A stretch of DNA of 64,000 nt from Candidatus Hydrogenedentota bacterium (lineage in GTDB: Bacteria > Hydrogenedentota > Hydrogenedentia > Hydrogenedentales > CAITNO01): the NCBI GenBank assembly GCA_029776995.1, contig JAKOTZ010000206.1, forward strand, positions 168 to 64,167, in the 5' to 3' direction. A program made the translations under genes and the position numbers. Below, in pieces: positions 8,433-18,028 of the stretch (positions are counted from its first letter, which is position 1; every line of letters starts with the position of its first letter). The notes under the pieces were generated by a model that saw only the letters and a program-made list of their open reading frames with translations, made no database searches and had not been told where the DNA came from.

Positions 8433-11048
8433 ATGAGTCGTATCCAGAAAAAACTGGTGGTATTTTTTGGGATAATCGGGTTTGGTACCGTTGCTGTGCT
8501 GGGGGTGCTCCTGACCTGGGGGCTGGCACAAGAATATGCCCGGATGGAGGAACATTTTTCCAATGACTGCATGCGGCAGGTGGCCGGAGCTTTTGAACAG
8601 GAGTTCACTGGGCTGAAAAATAACGTGACCGACTGGGGACGCTGGGACGCACTGTACAGTTTTATGTCCACCCGGGATCCGGCTTTTTTGCGGGAAAATA
8701 TTCCGGAAGCTGTTGTCGGAAATCTGGACTTGGACCTGCTGGTTTTGGCGGATAAGGGGGGTGAAGCAGTTGTGGTTTACACCCGACAACTGGCGGAGTC
8801 GGGTGTCCGTGATCTCCTGGTCCTGTTACGGTCCGGCGGACCGCTGTCGGTTGCGGCGGGGGACGTGAATCCGAAAAGCGGCATCGTCTGGCTGGCGGGT
8901 GAGCCGCTGATAGCCGCCGCCCATGTAATCACGTCTGCCGACGGTGCAGCGCCGCCGGCGGGAGTTCTCGTCATGGCGCGGCGGATATCCGAACCGATGC
9001 TGAACCGGGTACGCCAGGCGTCCACCCTTACCGTCAGGGTAGTGGCGGATCCCGGCCCGGAGATGGCGTGGCTGGAGCGGGCTTCCCCGGGCAAACCGGT
9101 GTTCCATCCACTGAACAGCCGCGTGGCGCTGGCGGGCATGGTTATGACAGATATCACCGGCAGGCACCGGATCGCTGTGGTGGCTGATCTGCCGCGGGAC
9201 CTGCACTGCCAGTTTCTGCTTACCGTGAGTCGTTTTTTTGCGGGGCTTTTCGTGGTAATGCTGGTGGCGCTGGGGTTGTTCCTTGGATTTCTGAAATGGA
9301 ACATCATCGACAGGGTGCTTTTTCTGCAACAGGAAATTGCCACCATCGATCCGGAACAGGCTGATGAGAGCCGGGTTACCTGTGACGGAAAGGACGAAAT
9401 ACGCGACCTGCAGGTTTCCATTAATATATTGCTGAACAGGATCAGTGAAACCCGAAAGATATTAGTCCGCGAGCGCCAGGTTTTTGACGCGCTGGTGTCC
9501 TCGGCCCGGGAGGCGATTTTTCTCATGGATGACGCGGGGCGGGTGGTGTTTGCCAACCGGGCGGTAGAGCAGATCTTCGGCTGGCGGCCGGAAGAGATTA
9601 TCGGCCAGGACCTGCACGATAAGCTTGCGCCGGAACGCTACCATGAGGATGTGCGGGCAGGCATGAGCGTGTTTCGGGAGACGGGGGAAGGCCTGGCCAT
9701 TGACAGCACCCTGGAATTGACTGCCCGGCGGCGGGACGGCTCGGAGTTTCCAGTTGAAGTCTCCCTGGCCGCGCTGCGGATGGACGGGCGATGGCACGCC
9801 CTGGGCATCGTTCGGGACATTACCGAGCGCAAGCGGGCGGAACGGTCAGCCCAGCAGACCGGTGAACTGATGCGGACCATCATGGAAAATATCCGATACG
9901 GGGTTCTGCTGATCGATCGAAATTATCGGATTGTGCTGGCCAACGCGGCTGCCCGCCAGTACGCGGTCCGGCAGGAAGGTGATATCTGTTACCAGGTATA
10001 TAACCTGTCTGCTCCTACGGCGCCTTGTGTAACCTGTCCCGTCACTGGGTGTTTCCAGGACGGGCAGGTCCACGAAACCAGGCGGGTGGTGCGGTACCCG
10101 GATGGCCAGCAGCGGATTTTCAGGCTCATGGCCTTTCCCGTTCGGAGCAGCGTGGGAGCAGGACCGACCGATCTGGTGGTGGAGCTTTTTGAGGATATAA
10201 CGGAAGAAGAAAACCGCGCGCGGGAAATGAGCCAGCACCAGCGCCTGGAAGCCGTAGGGCGCCTGGCGGCGGGGATTGCCCACGAGATCAATACGCCGAT
10301 TCAGTACGTTGGCGACAACCTGGAATTCCTGGGTGAAGCGATTGCCGCGTTCTGCGCGCGGCTGGACGGAGGCGAGTCCGGAACGTCAGCCAGTGATGAT
10401 GACATCGCGTTCTTTATCGCGGAGGCGCCCAGGGCGGTAACGCAGGCCCGCGAGGGGGTGGACCGGGTCGCCACGATTGTACGGGCCATGAAAGCCTTTT
10501 CCCACCCGAGCACCGCGGAAAAGACACTTAGAAACATTAACCAGGATATCCTGAACACGGTGACAGTCTCCAGGAACGAATGGAAATACGTCGCGGATGT
10601 CAGGACGGAGCTGGACGAATCTCTGCCGCCGGTTCCCTGTTACCCGGGAGAATTGAACCAGGTGTACCTGAACCTGATCGTCAATGCGGCGCACGCGATC
10701 GGAGACAAGGTGGGCCGGAACAGCGAGGAGAAGGGGCTGATCACGATTGCCACCCGTCAGGTGGGACAGCAGGCGGAAATCCGGATCAGCGATACGGGAA
10801 CCGGGATACCGGAATCGGTCCGGGATAAGATTTTTGAACCGTTCTTTACCACCAAGGAAGTGGGACGCGGGACCGGCCAGGGGCTGGCCATTGCCCGGGA
10901 CGTGATCGTGAACAAACACGGCGGCACGATTACCTTCGAGACCCGGGAGGGTGAAGGGACCACCTTTATCATACGGCTGCCTCTGGGAGAGCCGGAACCG
11001 CAAGATCATGACAGTGAAAAGCGAAGCCGAAAGGAGGAGGGTGCATGA
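8433..11048 (+). CDS. Sensor histidine kinase (CHASE4-HAMP-PAS-PAS-HisKA-HATPase)
   Basis: DWGRWDALY (CHASE4), two TMs, PAS RRRDGSEFPVEVSL, H-box GIAHEINTP, NLIVNAAHA, DTGTGI, GTGQGL. Confidence 0.93.
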   Translation: MSRIQKKLVVFFGIIGFGTVAVLGVLLTWGLAQEYARMEEHFSNDCMRQVAGAFEQEFTGLKNNVTDWGRWDALYSFMSTRDPAFLRENIPEAVVGNLDLDLLVLADKGGEAVVVYTRQLAESGVRDLLVLLRSGGPLSVAAGDVNPKSGIVWLAGEPLIAAAHVITSADGAAPPAGVLVMARRISEPMLNRVRQASTLTVRVVADPGPEMAWLERASPGKPVFHPLNSRVALAGMVMTDITGRHRIAVVADLPRDLHCQFLLTVSRFFAGLFVVMLVALGLFLGFLKWNIIDRVLFLQQEIATIDPEQADESRVTCDGKDEIRDLQVSINILLNRISETRKILVRERQVFDALVSSAREAIFLMDDAGRVVFANRAVEQIFGWRPEEIIGQDLHDKLAPERYHEDVRAGMSVFRETGEGLAIDSTLELTARRRDGSEFPVEVSLAALRMDGRWHALGIVRDITERKRAERSAQQTGELMRTIMENIRYGVLLIDRNYRIVLANAAARQYAVRQEGDICYQVYNLSAPTAPCVTCPVTGCFQDGQVHETRRVVRYPDGQQRIFRLMAFPVRSSVGAGPTDLVVELFEDITEEENRAREMSQHQRLEAVGRLAAGIAHEINTPIQYVGDNLEFLGEAIAAFCARLDGGESGTSASDDDIAFFIAEAPRAVTQAREGVDRVATIVRAMKAFSHPSTAEKTLRNINQDILNTVTVSRNEWKYVADVRTELDESLPPVPCYPGELNQVYLNLIVNAAHAIGDKVGRNSEEKGLITIATRQVGQQAEIRISDTGTGIPESVRDKIFEPFFTTKEVGRGTGQGLAIARDVIVNKHGGTITFETREGEGTTFIIRLPLGEPEPQDHDSEKRSRKEEGA

Positions 11049-12244
11049 GAACGGTGCTTTTCGTGGATGATGAACAGGGCGTGCTGGACGGATTGCGGCG
11101 GATGCTGTTTCCCTTGCGGCGGGAGTGGAACCAGCTGTTTGCCGGGAGCGGCGAGGAGGCCCTGCGGATGTTGGACGAGCATCCGGTGGATGTTATCGTG
11201 TCTGATATGCGGATGCCCGGCATGGACGGCGCGGCCCTGCTCAGGGAGGTGCGCCGGCGGCATCCTGAGGTGATACGGTTTGTCCTGACCGGCCAGACTG
11301 ATGATGAATCGGTATACCGGACCGTGGGCGACGCCCACCAGTTCCTGATGAAGCCATGCCCGCCGGATGTGCTCAAAAATGCCATCGGCCGGGCGCTGGC
11401 GCTGCGGGAACGGCTGGCCAATCCGGCTGTGGCCAGCCTGGCCACGGAAATGGGAGAACTTCCCGCGCTGCCTGAGACCTACCGCCAGTTGTGCGATGAA
11501 TTGAATTCCCCGGAGGGGTCAGTGGCCAACGTCGGGCGGATTATCGAAAAAGATCCCGCCATGACCGCGAAGATTCTTCAGCTGGTCAACTCAGCTTTTT
11601 TTGGCCTGCGCCGTCCGGTTTCCACGGCATCCCAGGCGGTGGCCATGCTGGGGCTGGAAACCATCCGGTCGCTGGTACTGGGGGTGGGACTCTTCTCGCA
11701 TTTCGAGCGGCTCCAGTTTGCCGAAGGGTTTTCCCTTCGTAACCTGTGGGACCACAGCATGGAGACGGCCCGCGCGGTCCACGTGATCAGCGACATGGAA
11801 AAGATTTCCCCGGCAGATACGGACGCGCTGTACACGGCCGCGCTCCTGCATGACGCCGGAGAAGCGCTGCTGGCCTCAGGGCCGCGGGAGTATTTTGGGC
11901 ATTGCGCGGCTTTTGCGGAACTGAACGAGGTTTCACTGGAGGCCGCGGAACGGGAGGTATTTTCGTGTACCCATGCGGAATTGGCGGCCTATCTGCTGGG
12001 GATATGGTCTCTTCCGGACATCATCGTGGAAGCGGTGTTGTTTCACCATCACCCGGAGGAAGTGAACGGGGAGGGACTGCACGGGCCATTGGTCCTGTTC
12101 TGCGCGGACGTTTTGTGTGGCCATTCAGACCGGGTATGGTCCGCGCATCCGGATATGGAACAGCCGATTAAACTGCTGTGCGGGAAGGGTTTGGAGGAAA
12201 AATTCGGGGCATGGCGGAAACGCTGGGAGGAGATACAGTCATGA
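11045..12244 (+). CDS. Response regulator with HDOD output domain
   Basis: REC motifs LFVDDE..SDMRMP..KP; HDOD motifs DPAMTAKILQLVNSAFFG and ALLHDAG; ATGA overlap. Confidence 0.9.
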   Translation: MRTVLFVDDEQGVLDGLRRMLFPLRREWNQLFAGSGEEALRMLDEHPVDVIVSDMRMPGMDGAALLREVRRRHPEVIRFVLTGQTDDESVYRTVGDAHQFLMKPCPPDVLKNAIGRALALRERLANPAVASLATEMGELPALPETYRQLCDELNSPEGSVANVGRIIEKDPAMTAKILQLVNSAFFGLRRPVSTASQAVAMLGLETIRSLVLGVGLFSHFERLQFAEGFSLRNLWDHSMETARAVHVISDMEKISPADTDALYTAALLHDAGEALLASGPREYFGHCAAFAELNEVSLEAAEREVFSCTHAELAAYLLGIWSLPDIIVEAVLFHHHPEEVNGEGLHGPLVLFCADVLCGHSDRVWSAHPDMEQPIKLLCGKGLEEKFGAWRKRWEEIQS

Positions 12245-13401
12245 GCGCCATGGAAGAACGCATCCTGTTCGTCGATGATGATCCGAACATACTGGAGACC
12301 TATCAGCGAAAACTGGGGAGGGTGCTGCGGGTATTCACGGCCCAGGGTCCCCATGTGGGACTCAGGACCCTGCAGGAGAAGGGACCTTTCGCCGTGGTGG
12401 TTTCGGACATGAAAATGCCCCTGATGAACGGCATTGAATTCCTTAAAAAGGTGAAAGAAATCTCTCCCAACACCGTGCGGATTATGCTGACCGGGAACGC
12501 GGACATCAATGACGCCATGGAAGCGGTGAACGAAGGCGCCATTTTCCGGTTTCTGCTCAAACCCTGTCCGTCTGAAATCTTCGCGAAATCGCTGATCGCG
12601 GCCATTGAACAGTACCGCCTGGTCGTGGCGGAGCGGGAACTGCTGGAGGGAACCCTGACGGGCATGGTGGCCATGCTGACTGAAATCCTGTCCTGGACCC
12701 GGCCGGAAATTTTCGGGCTGGTCATGAACCTGCGCGGTTTCGCGCGGAGCATCGCCTCCCGCATGAACGTGGAGAACCTTTGGGAGCTGGAATTGGCCGC
12801 AACGCTCTGCCCGATCGGATATCTCGCGCTGCCCCACGAAATCGTCCACAAAAAAGAACGGGGCGAACCGCTCACGGAGGAAGAAACCCGTTCTCTGGAG
12901 AGCGTCCCCAGCATCGGCCATGACCTGATCGTTAACATTCCCCGCATGGAACGGGTAGCCAAGGTAGTGCTGTACCACGATAAAAGGTACGATGAGTCAG
13001 GCTATCCGCCCGATAACGTGGCCGGGGAGGCTATTCCCCTGAATTCCCGGATCCTGAAGGTCGCGCTGGATTACACCCGGCTCCGTGAATCGGGCAGGCC
13101 GCGTTTCGAATGTGTCCAGGAGATGAAACAGCGTACGGGATGGTATGATCCCGCGGTGCTCGAAGCCCTGGGGGCGGGATCCGCGGAGGCGCCGCGCCGG
13201 GAAGTGCGGGTGGCGCAGGTCTACGCGTGCGATCTTAAGCCGGGCATGACGCTGGCAGATCCGATTGTCACGGACAGCGGGCTCAAGCTGATGTCCGCGG
13301 GCACCGTGCTGACCGAGCCGATGCTGGTCCGGTTCCGGAAGTATCTGGAAACCAACCGCGTCAAAGAACCCATCGTGATCCGCCTGCCCGACTCGGAATA
13401 A
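12241..13401 (+). CDS. Response regulator with degenerate HD-GYP-like domain
   Basis: REC motifs LFVDDD..SDMKMP; LCPIG in place of LHDIG; YHDKRYDESGYP; ATGA overlap. Confidence 0.88.
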   Translation: MSAMEERILFVDDDPNILETYQRKLGRVLRVFTAQGPHVGLRTLQEKGPFAVVVSDMKMPLMNGIEFLKKVKEISPNTVRIMLTGNADINDAMEAVNEGAIFRFLLKPCPSEIFAKSLIAAIEQYRLVVAERELLEGTLTGMVAMLTEILSWTRPEIFGLVMNLRGFARSIASRMNVENLWELELAATLCPIGYLALPHEIVHKKERGEPLTEEETRSLESVPSIGHDLIVNIPRMERVAKVVLYHDKRYDESGYPPDNVAGEAIPLNSRILKVALDYTRLRESGRPRFECVQEMKQRTGWYDPAVLEALGAGSAEAPRREVRVAQVYACDLKPGMTLADPIVTDSGLKLMSAGTVLTEPMLVRFRKYLETNRVKEPIVIRLPDSE

Positions 13402-13410
13402 ACGGAGGCA

Positions 13411-14820
13411 TTACTCCAGATTATATTTCCGGATTTTATACTGCAGGGTAGTGCGTTTGAGTCCGAGATGCTGGGCTGCCCGGCTCTTGTTCCATCGGAA
13501 ACGTTCCAGCGCGCCCAGGATGAGTTCGCGCTCGATCCGCTCGCGGGTAGACAGCAGCAGGGGCGATTCTTCCGCGTACTGGCTGTCCTGATCTTCCGGA
13601 GGCTTTTCCGGTTCCTCTTCCACGAAAGCTTCCGAAATCAGTTCAGGCGGAAGCTCATCGCGGGTGATCCGGTTGGACTCGGCGAGAACCACGCCCCGCT
13701 CCAGTACGTTGCGCAGCTCCCGGACGTTTCCGGGCCAAGCGTACCGCATGAAAATCGACAGGACGTCCTCGTCTATGGCATCCACCTGCTTGCCGAACTC
13801 CTGGCTGAATCCGCGCAGGAAATGCTCGACCAGCGGCGGGATATCATCAGGCCGCTGCCGCAGCGGGGGAATTTCCACGGAAAACACTTTGAGCCGGTAA
13901 TAAAGGTCTTCGCGGAACTGGCCGTTTTCAATTGCAGTTTTCAGGTCGCGGTTGGTCGCCGCGACAATCCGCACGTCCACCCTGATGGTTTCGGATCCGC
14001 CCACCCGTTCCAGTTCTCCCTCCTGCAGCACCCGGAGCAGTTTAACCTGGATAGGCGGCGGGATTTCGCCCACTTCGTCCAGCAGGAGCGTGCCGCCGTG
14101 GGCGCGTTCGAACCGTCCCAGTCGGCGCTCGGTGGCGCCGGTGAACGCGCCCTTTTCGTGACCGAACAGTTCACTTTCCAGGATCCCCGGAGCCAGGGCG
14201 GCGCAGTTGACGGCGATAAATGGTTTATCGGCTCGGGGACTGGCCTGATGCAGCGCCCGCGCGAATACTTCTTTGCCCACGCCGCTGGGGCCCGTGATCA
14301 GCACGGCGCTTTTAGATGGCGCGATCTTCCGCAGCATCCAGTTCAGGCGCTGCGTGGTTTCGCTCGCGCCGATCAGCCCGACGGGCGCGGCCGGGATTGT
14401 GCCGGAACGCTGCGCCTGTTTTTTTTGGATTACCCGGCGGACCCGCGCCTCAATTTCCTCCAGCTTGAAGGGTTTCGCGAGAAAGTCCAGCGCACCGAGC
14501 CGCATGGCTTCAACAGCCGTCTGGATGGTGCCGTACGCGGTGATGACGACGACCTCCGTATCGGTGTTCCGGTTTTTGATGGCTTTAAGCAGGTCGATGC
14601 CGGACATGCCCGGCATGGCGAGGTCCGTGATCACGAGGTCAAAAGAACGTTTCTCGAGCCATTTCATGGCCTCCTCACCGGAACCCGCGTCGACCGTGTC
14701 AAATCCGAGGTCCGTCAAAAAGGATTTCAGCAGCACGCGCATGTTGCGCCGGTCATCCACCACAATCGCGGAGAATCCGGCGGATGCCGCGGAAGGATGG
14801 TTTTCCTGTGGAATGCTCAT
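13411..14820 (-). CDS. Sigma-54-dependent NtrC/AtoC-family response regulator
   Basis: REC domain, Walker [32 protein letters not shown] and a Fis-type HTH. Confidence 0.95.
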   Translation of the reverse strand: MSIPQENHPSAASAGFSAIVVDDRRNMRVLLKSFLTDLGFDTVDAGSGEEAMKWLEKRSFDLVITDLAMPGMSGIDLLKAIKNRNTDTEVVVITAYGTIQTAVEAMRLGALDFLAKPFKLEEIEARVRRVIQKKQAQRSGTIPAAPVGLIGASETTQRLNWMLRKIAPSKSAVLITGPSGVGKEVFARALHQASPRADKPFIAVNCAALAPGILESELFGHEKGAFTGATERRLGRFERAHGGTLLLDEVGEIPPPIQVKLLRVLQEGELERVGGSETIRVDVRIVAATNRDLKTAIENGQFREDLYYRLKVFSVEIPPLRQRPDDIPPLVEHFLRGFSQEFGKQVDAIDEDVLSIFMRYAWPGNVRELRNVLERGVVLAESNRITRDELPPELISEAFVEEEPEKPPEDQDSQYAEESPLLLSTRERIERELILGALERFRWNKSRAAQHLGLKRTTLQYKIRKYNLE

Positions 14821-15170
14821 GAATCGCCGCCTTTGAAAAGATCATCCAGCGTTGGACGTTTTGGTTCCGGCTCTCCCAGCAGTTCATAGGCGCGGCGCCG
14901 GTTTTCTTCCATATGGCCGGGATCCCGGGTTTCATCCGTCCGGAACGCGAAGTCGTCACAGTAATTGAATTTCCGGCGGTCCCCAACCCATTCCGTGGTC
15001 GGGATGCGGCACTGGTTGTGCGCGGCAGGGTCGTGAAAACGGCAGTTGAGGCAGCAGTGCCAGTACGCGCCGCAGCTGGAACAGGTGTCGCGGTAGGCCG
15101 GCCGGGGTTTGTCGCCCGGCCATGGCGTTCCGCAGTGGTGGCATTTGGGGCTTCTGGGCACGTCGTTCAT
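14817..15170 (-). CDS. Small Cys-rich (Zn-ribbon-like) protein
   Basis: CHHC, CSSC, HCCLNC and two further Cys; ATGA-coupled to the NtrC gene. Confidence 0.75.
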   Translation of the reverse strand: MNDVPRSPKCHHCGTPWPGDKPRPAYRDTCSSCGAYWHCCLNCRFHDPAAHNQCRIPTTEWVGDRRKFNYCDDFAFRTDETRDPGHMEENRRRAYELLGEPEPKRPTLDDLFKGGDS

Positions 15171-15174
15171 GGCA

Positions 15175-16215
15175 TTATGGCGCCGGCGGGGCCGGTTCGG
15201 AAGCTCTGGCCACCCAGGGGACATCATTGATTTTTGGGACCGCCTGTTCCAGCAGGACCCAGAGGGCCAGGATGGTGGTGTGGCCGTTGCTGACCAGTTC
15301 AGGCGCTTTCAGGTCGTAGGCGTTGGCCCACCCCCCGTCGGGAAGCTGCGCGGCCACCATTTTTTCCACCCATGCCGGCTTGACCCGCCCCGGCACGCGC
15401 AGGTAACACAGCATGGCCATGCATTCAATGCCAAGGTCGGTGTCAGGGCCGTTCTGGCTGATCAGTTTCTCCATCGCGCGGATCAGTCTTTCCCGCAGTT
15501 CATTCGCGCCCGCCTGATCGGTAACGCATCCTTTTTCCTGAAGCCACTGCAGAGACAATGCCAGGTGGGTATAGAAATAATCCGCGATCATCTTGAAGGT
15601 TCCCATCCGATCCTTGGGCGGAAGGGAGTCCACGTAGTTCATTTTGGAAATCATCTGGGCGATGGTATCTTCCGGAATGGGCATGACGTCGCAATACAGG
15701 GCCGCGGTCATAAAATCGTCCATGGTATCCAGCTTTTCGGGTATGGTGCCCCGGAAGCGGAAACCGGGTTCCGTGAGCCGGAAATAGCGCTCCTGTTCTA
15801 CAGGAGTGATCGTTACGCCCAGGTCCGGTTTGAGCTGATTTACCGCGCGGTACCGCTCATGCAGGCCGAACCGGCGCTGCAGGAAATCCAGGATGGCAAT
15901 GTGGGTCCAGCGCGCCGCGGCCCGGTCGTTCAGCATGAACCAGAGTGCCCGGTCAATGTGGGACGCCCAGCGGCTGTCGCCATACGGGCGGGGATCTCCG
16001 GGCCAGGGGAAATCGCCCGGCATTTGGGGAATCCGGCTTTTGTAGTTTGGCGGGACGCTTCCGGCGTTTTCGGCCGGCGGCGCGACATTGCCGCTTTTGG
16101 CATTTTCAGCGGCCGGGGCAGCCGGCGCGCTGTCCTGCGCGTGAGCGTACGGCAGGCCGGCCAGCCCGGCGGCCAGAACTGCCAGCGTCATTAACCGAAT
16201 GTACTGCCGTGCCAT
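15175..16215 (-). CDS. Secreted hypothetical protein with alpha/alpha-toroid-like (prenyltransferase/QW-repeat-like) C-terminus
   Basis: GGAGG SD; signal peptide ending AHA; AQLPDGGW motif. Confidence 0.7.
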   Translation of the reverse strand: MARQYIRLMTLAVLAAGLAGLPYAHAQDSAPAAPAAENAKSGNVAPPAENAGSVPPNYKSRIPQMPGDFPWPGDPRPYGDSRWASHIDRALWFMLNDRAAARWTHIAILDFLQRRFGLHERYRAVNQLKPDLGVTITPVEQERYFRLTEPGFRFRGTIPEKLDTMDDFMTAALYCDVMPIPEDTIAQMISKMNYVDSLPPKDRMGTFKMIADYFYTHLALSLQWLQEKGCVTDQAGANELRERLIRAMEKLISQNGPDTDLGIECMAMLCYLRVPGRVKPAWVEKMVAAQLPDGGWANAYDLKAPELVSNGHTTILALWVLLEQAVPKINDVPWVARASEPAPPAP

Positions 16216-16355
16216 GTCAGCATCCTCCAGCGGATTTTTCTGTTCACCAGTAAGTATATACAGCATCCCGGATTTTATAAAACTCATGCGGGAACAGAGG
16301 CGCCCGTATCTGTGTTTCTAGGGCAGAACGTTTGATGGCCATGAGAGGAAAACCC

Positions 16356-16946
16356 ATGCTCAAGAAAATTTTTTCCGCGTTAACCCTGTTCGCGCCGCTT
16401 CTGGGCTGCCAGACCCATACCCTGGCGGTGGAACCGCCTGCCGTGGGCAGTCCGCTGGACCTGACGGTGAAAGACATCGACGGGCGTGACGTAAACCTTG
16501 CGGACTACAAGGGACAGGTTGTCATGATCGTGAATGTCGCGTCCAAATGCGGGCTGACCCCCCAGTACGAAAAACTGGAGGCGCTTTACCGGAAATATAA
16601 GGACCAGGGCTTCGTAATCCTCGGGTTCCCCGCGAATAATTTTATGGGACAGGAACCGGGAACTAACGAGGAGATTAAACAGTTCTGTTCCACAAAATAC
16701 AACGTTACCTTCCCGATGTTCAGCAAAATTTCGGTGAAAGGCGATGATATCGCGCCGCTCTATGCCTGGCTGACCTCAAAGGACACCAATCCGGAATTTT
16801 CCGGAGACATCGAGTGGAACTTTGCCAAGTTCCTGGTCGGGCGGGACGGCAAAGTGAAAGCCCGGTTCAGTCCGCGAACTGCTCCGGATGACGCGTCGGT
16901 GACTGCGGCGATCGAGAAAGAACTGGCTGCTTCAGCCTCCAAGTAA
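16356..16946 (+). CDS. Glutathione peroxidase (Cys-type, exported)
   Basis: NVASKCGLTPQY, GFPANNFMGQEPG, WNFAKFL; N-terminal signal/lipobox LLGC. Confidence 0.93.
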   Translation: MLKKIFSALTLFAPLLGCQTHTLAVEPPAVGSPLDLTVKDIDGRDVNLADYKGQVVMIVNVASKCGLTPQYEKLEALYRKYKDQGFVILGFPANNFMGQEPGTNEEIKQFCSTKYNVTFPMFSKISVKGDDIAPLYAWLTSKDTNPEFSGDIEWNFAKFLVGRDGKVKARFSPRTAPDDASVTAAIEKELAASASK

Positions 16947-16949
16947 AGG

Positions 16950-17888
16950 TTATGTCGGTGGCGGCTTAAACAGGTCCCCCTGGGTGGGTCCGGCATGTTC
17001 CAGCATCCCGCGAATCGTGTCTTTAGAGAGCGCGTCAGGCCCGGAAAAAACCAGCCACGGGATTACGTTTTTAAATGTATCCGGCGGCCTGTAACAGGCG
17101 ACCGGCCTGTTCAGTCCGGCGGCGATCCGGGCGGTGCGGATGCTGCCGCCCTCCTTGCGGGGCTCCACAACCCAGACGGCCTGAGCCATCGCGGCGATCA
17201 GCCGGTTCCGCTGTACCGCGGCGTGAGTCGTCCAAAGGGCGCCCGGTAAAGATTCGCTGAGGAAAAGCGCGCGCCCCGAGATTGCCGCTTCAATCCAGGC
17301 CGGACAGTAACCCAGGATGTCAGCCGGCACGATGAATATTGTATTCCCCCCTGATTCCAGCGCGGCGTTGTGGGCGGCGGCATCTATTCCGGCGGCGCCC
17401 CCGCTGACCACCGCGCAGTCCAGCGCAACCAGCGTTTCCGCGCAGCGGGTGGCAAAACGGACACCGTCCCCGGAGGGCGCGCGCGTGCCGACAATCCCGC
17501 CCCGCCAACGCGCGTTGGCCAGATCCGTATTCCCCAGGGCCAGCGCGAATGGGGGCATGTCACTGTCCAGGCTTTCCCGCCACGCTGCCGGATAAGCCTT
17601 GTCCTCTGGGAGAAGCATCCGAAGTCCGCGCGCGCGGATGCTGTCGTGATGGTGTTGAGCCTTCGCCGCCAGTTCCGCCAGGGAGTCCAGGGGAAGCGCC
17701 AGCGCGTCCGTCGCGAAAATCCCGGCCGCTTCCCGGATGGCGCCTTCGCGCAGAATGCTCCAGGCCCGCTCGGCGTCTAAATGCGGCCGGGACATCACGC
17801 GGTTGATGCGGACACGCCCCCAGCCCGCGCAGAGCGACAGGCACAGCGCGAGCAGTTCACGGGCTGTTCTCCGCGTATCCTCAGTCAT
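16950..17888 (-). CDS. dprA: DNA-processing protein DprA/Smf
   Basis: GIVGTR, VVSGGAAGIDAAAH, RNRLIAAMA, GGSIRTA. Confidence 0.85.
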   Translation of the reverse strand: MTEDTRRTARELLALCLSLCAGWGRVRINRVMSRPHLDAERAWSILREGAIREAAGIFATDALALPLDSLAELAAKAQHHHDSIRARGLRMLLPEDKAYPAAWRESLDSDMPPFALALGNTDLANARWRGGIVGTRAPSGDGVRFATRCAETLVALDCAVVSGGAAGIDAAAHNAALESGGNTIFIVPADILGYCPAWIEAAISGRALFLSESLPGALWTTHAAVQRNRLIAAMAQAVWVVEPRKEGGSIRTARIAAGLNRPVACYRPPDTFKNVIPWLVFSGPDALSKDTIRGMLEHAGPTQGDLFKPPPT

Positions 17889-17968
17889 GCCTGGTGTATC
17901 CGGTCGGGAAGGGTGATGGGGGCCGAACCCGCATTCTGACGGAGCTGATTTCCGCCCGGCCTGTTCAG

Positions 17969-17994
17969 CATACCAGAAAAACTGGTATGATACC
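17969..17994. promoter_or_regulatory. Inverted-repeat operator candidate overlapping extended -10 TGGTATGAT
   Basis: CATACCAG-AAAAA-CTGGTATG (17969-17989) plus GGTAT-G-ATACC (17984-17994). Confidence 0.45.
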
Positions 17995-18028
17995 CCCTGT
18001 GGGAGGGGTGCCATAGGACTGTACCGTC

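Noticed and set aside
14817-15170. c-type cytochrome substrate for CcsBA
   Set aside because: No CxxCH motif and no signal peptide.
16356-16946. Possible selenocysteine in glutathione peroxidase
   Set aside because: The active-site codon is TGC (Cys); no in-frame TGA.
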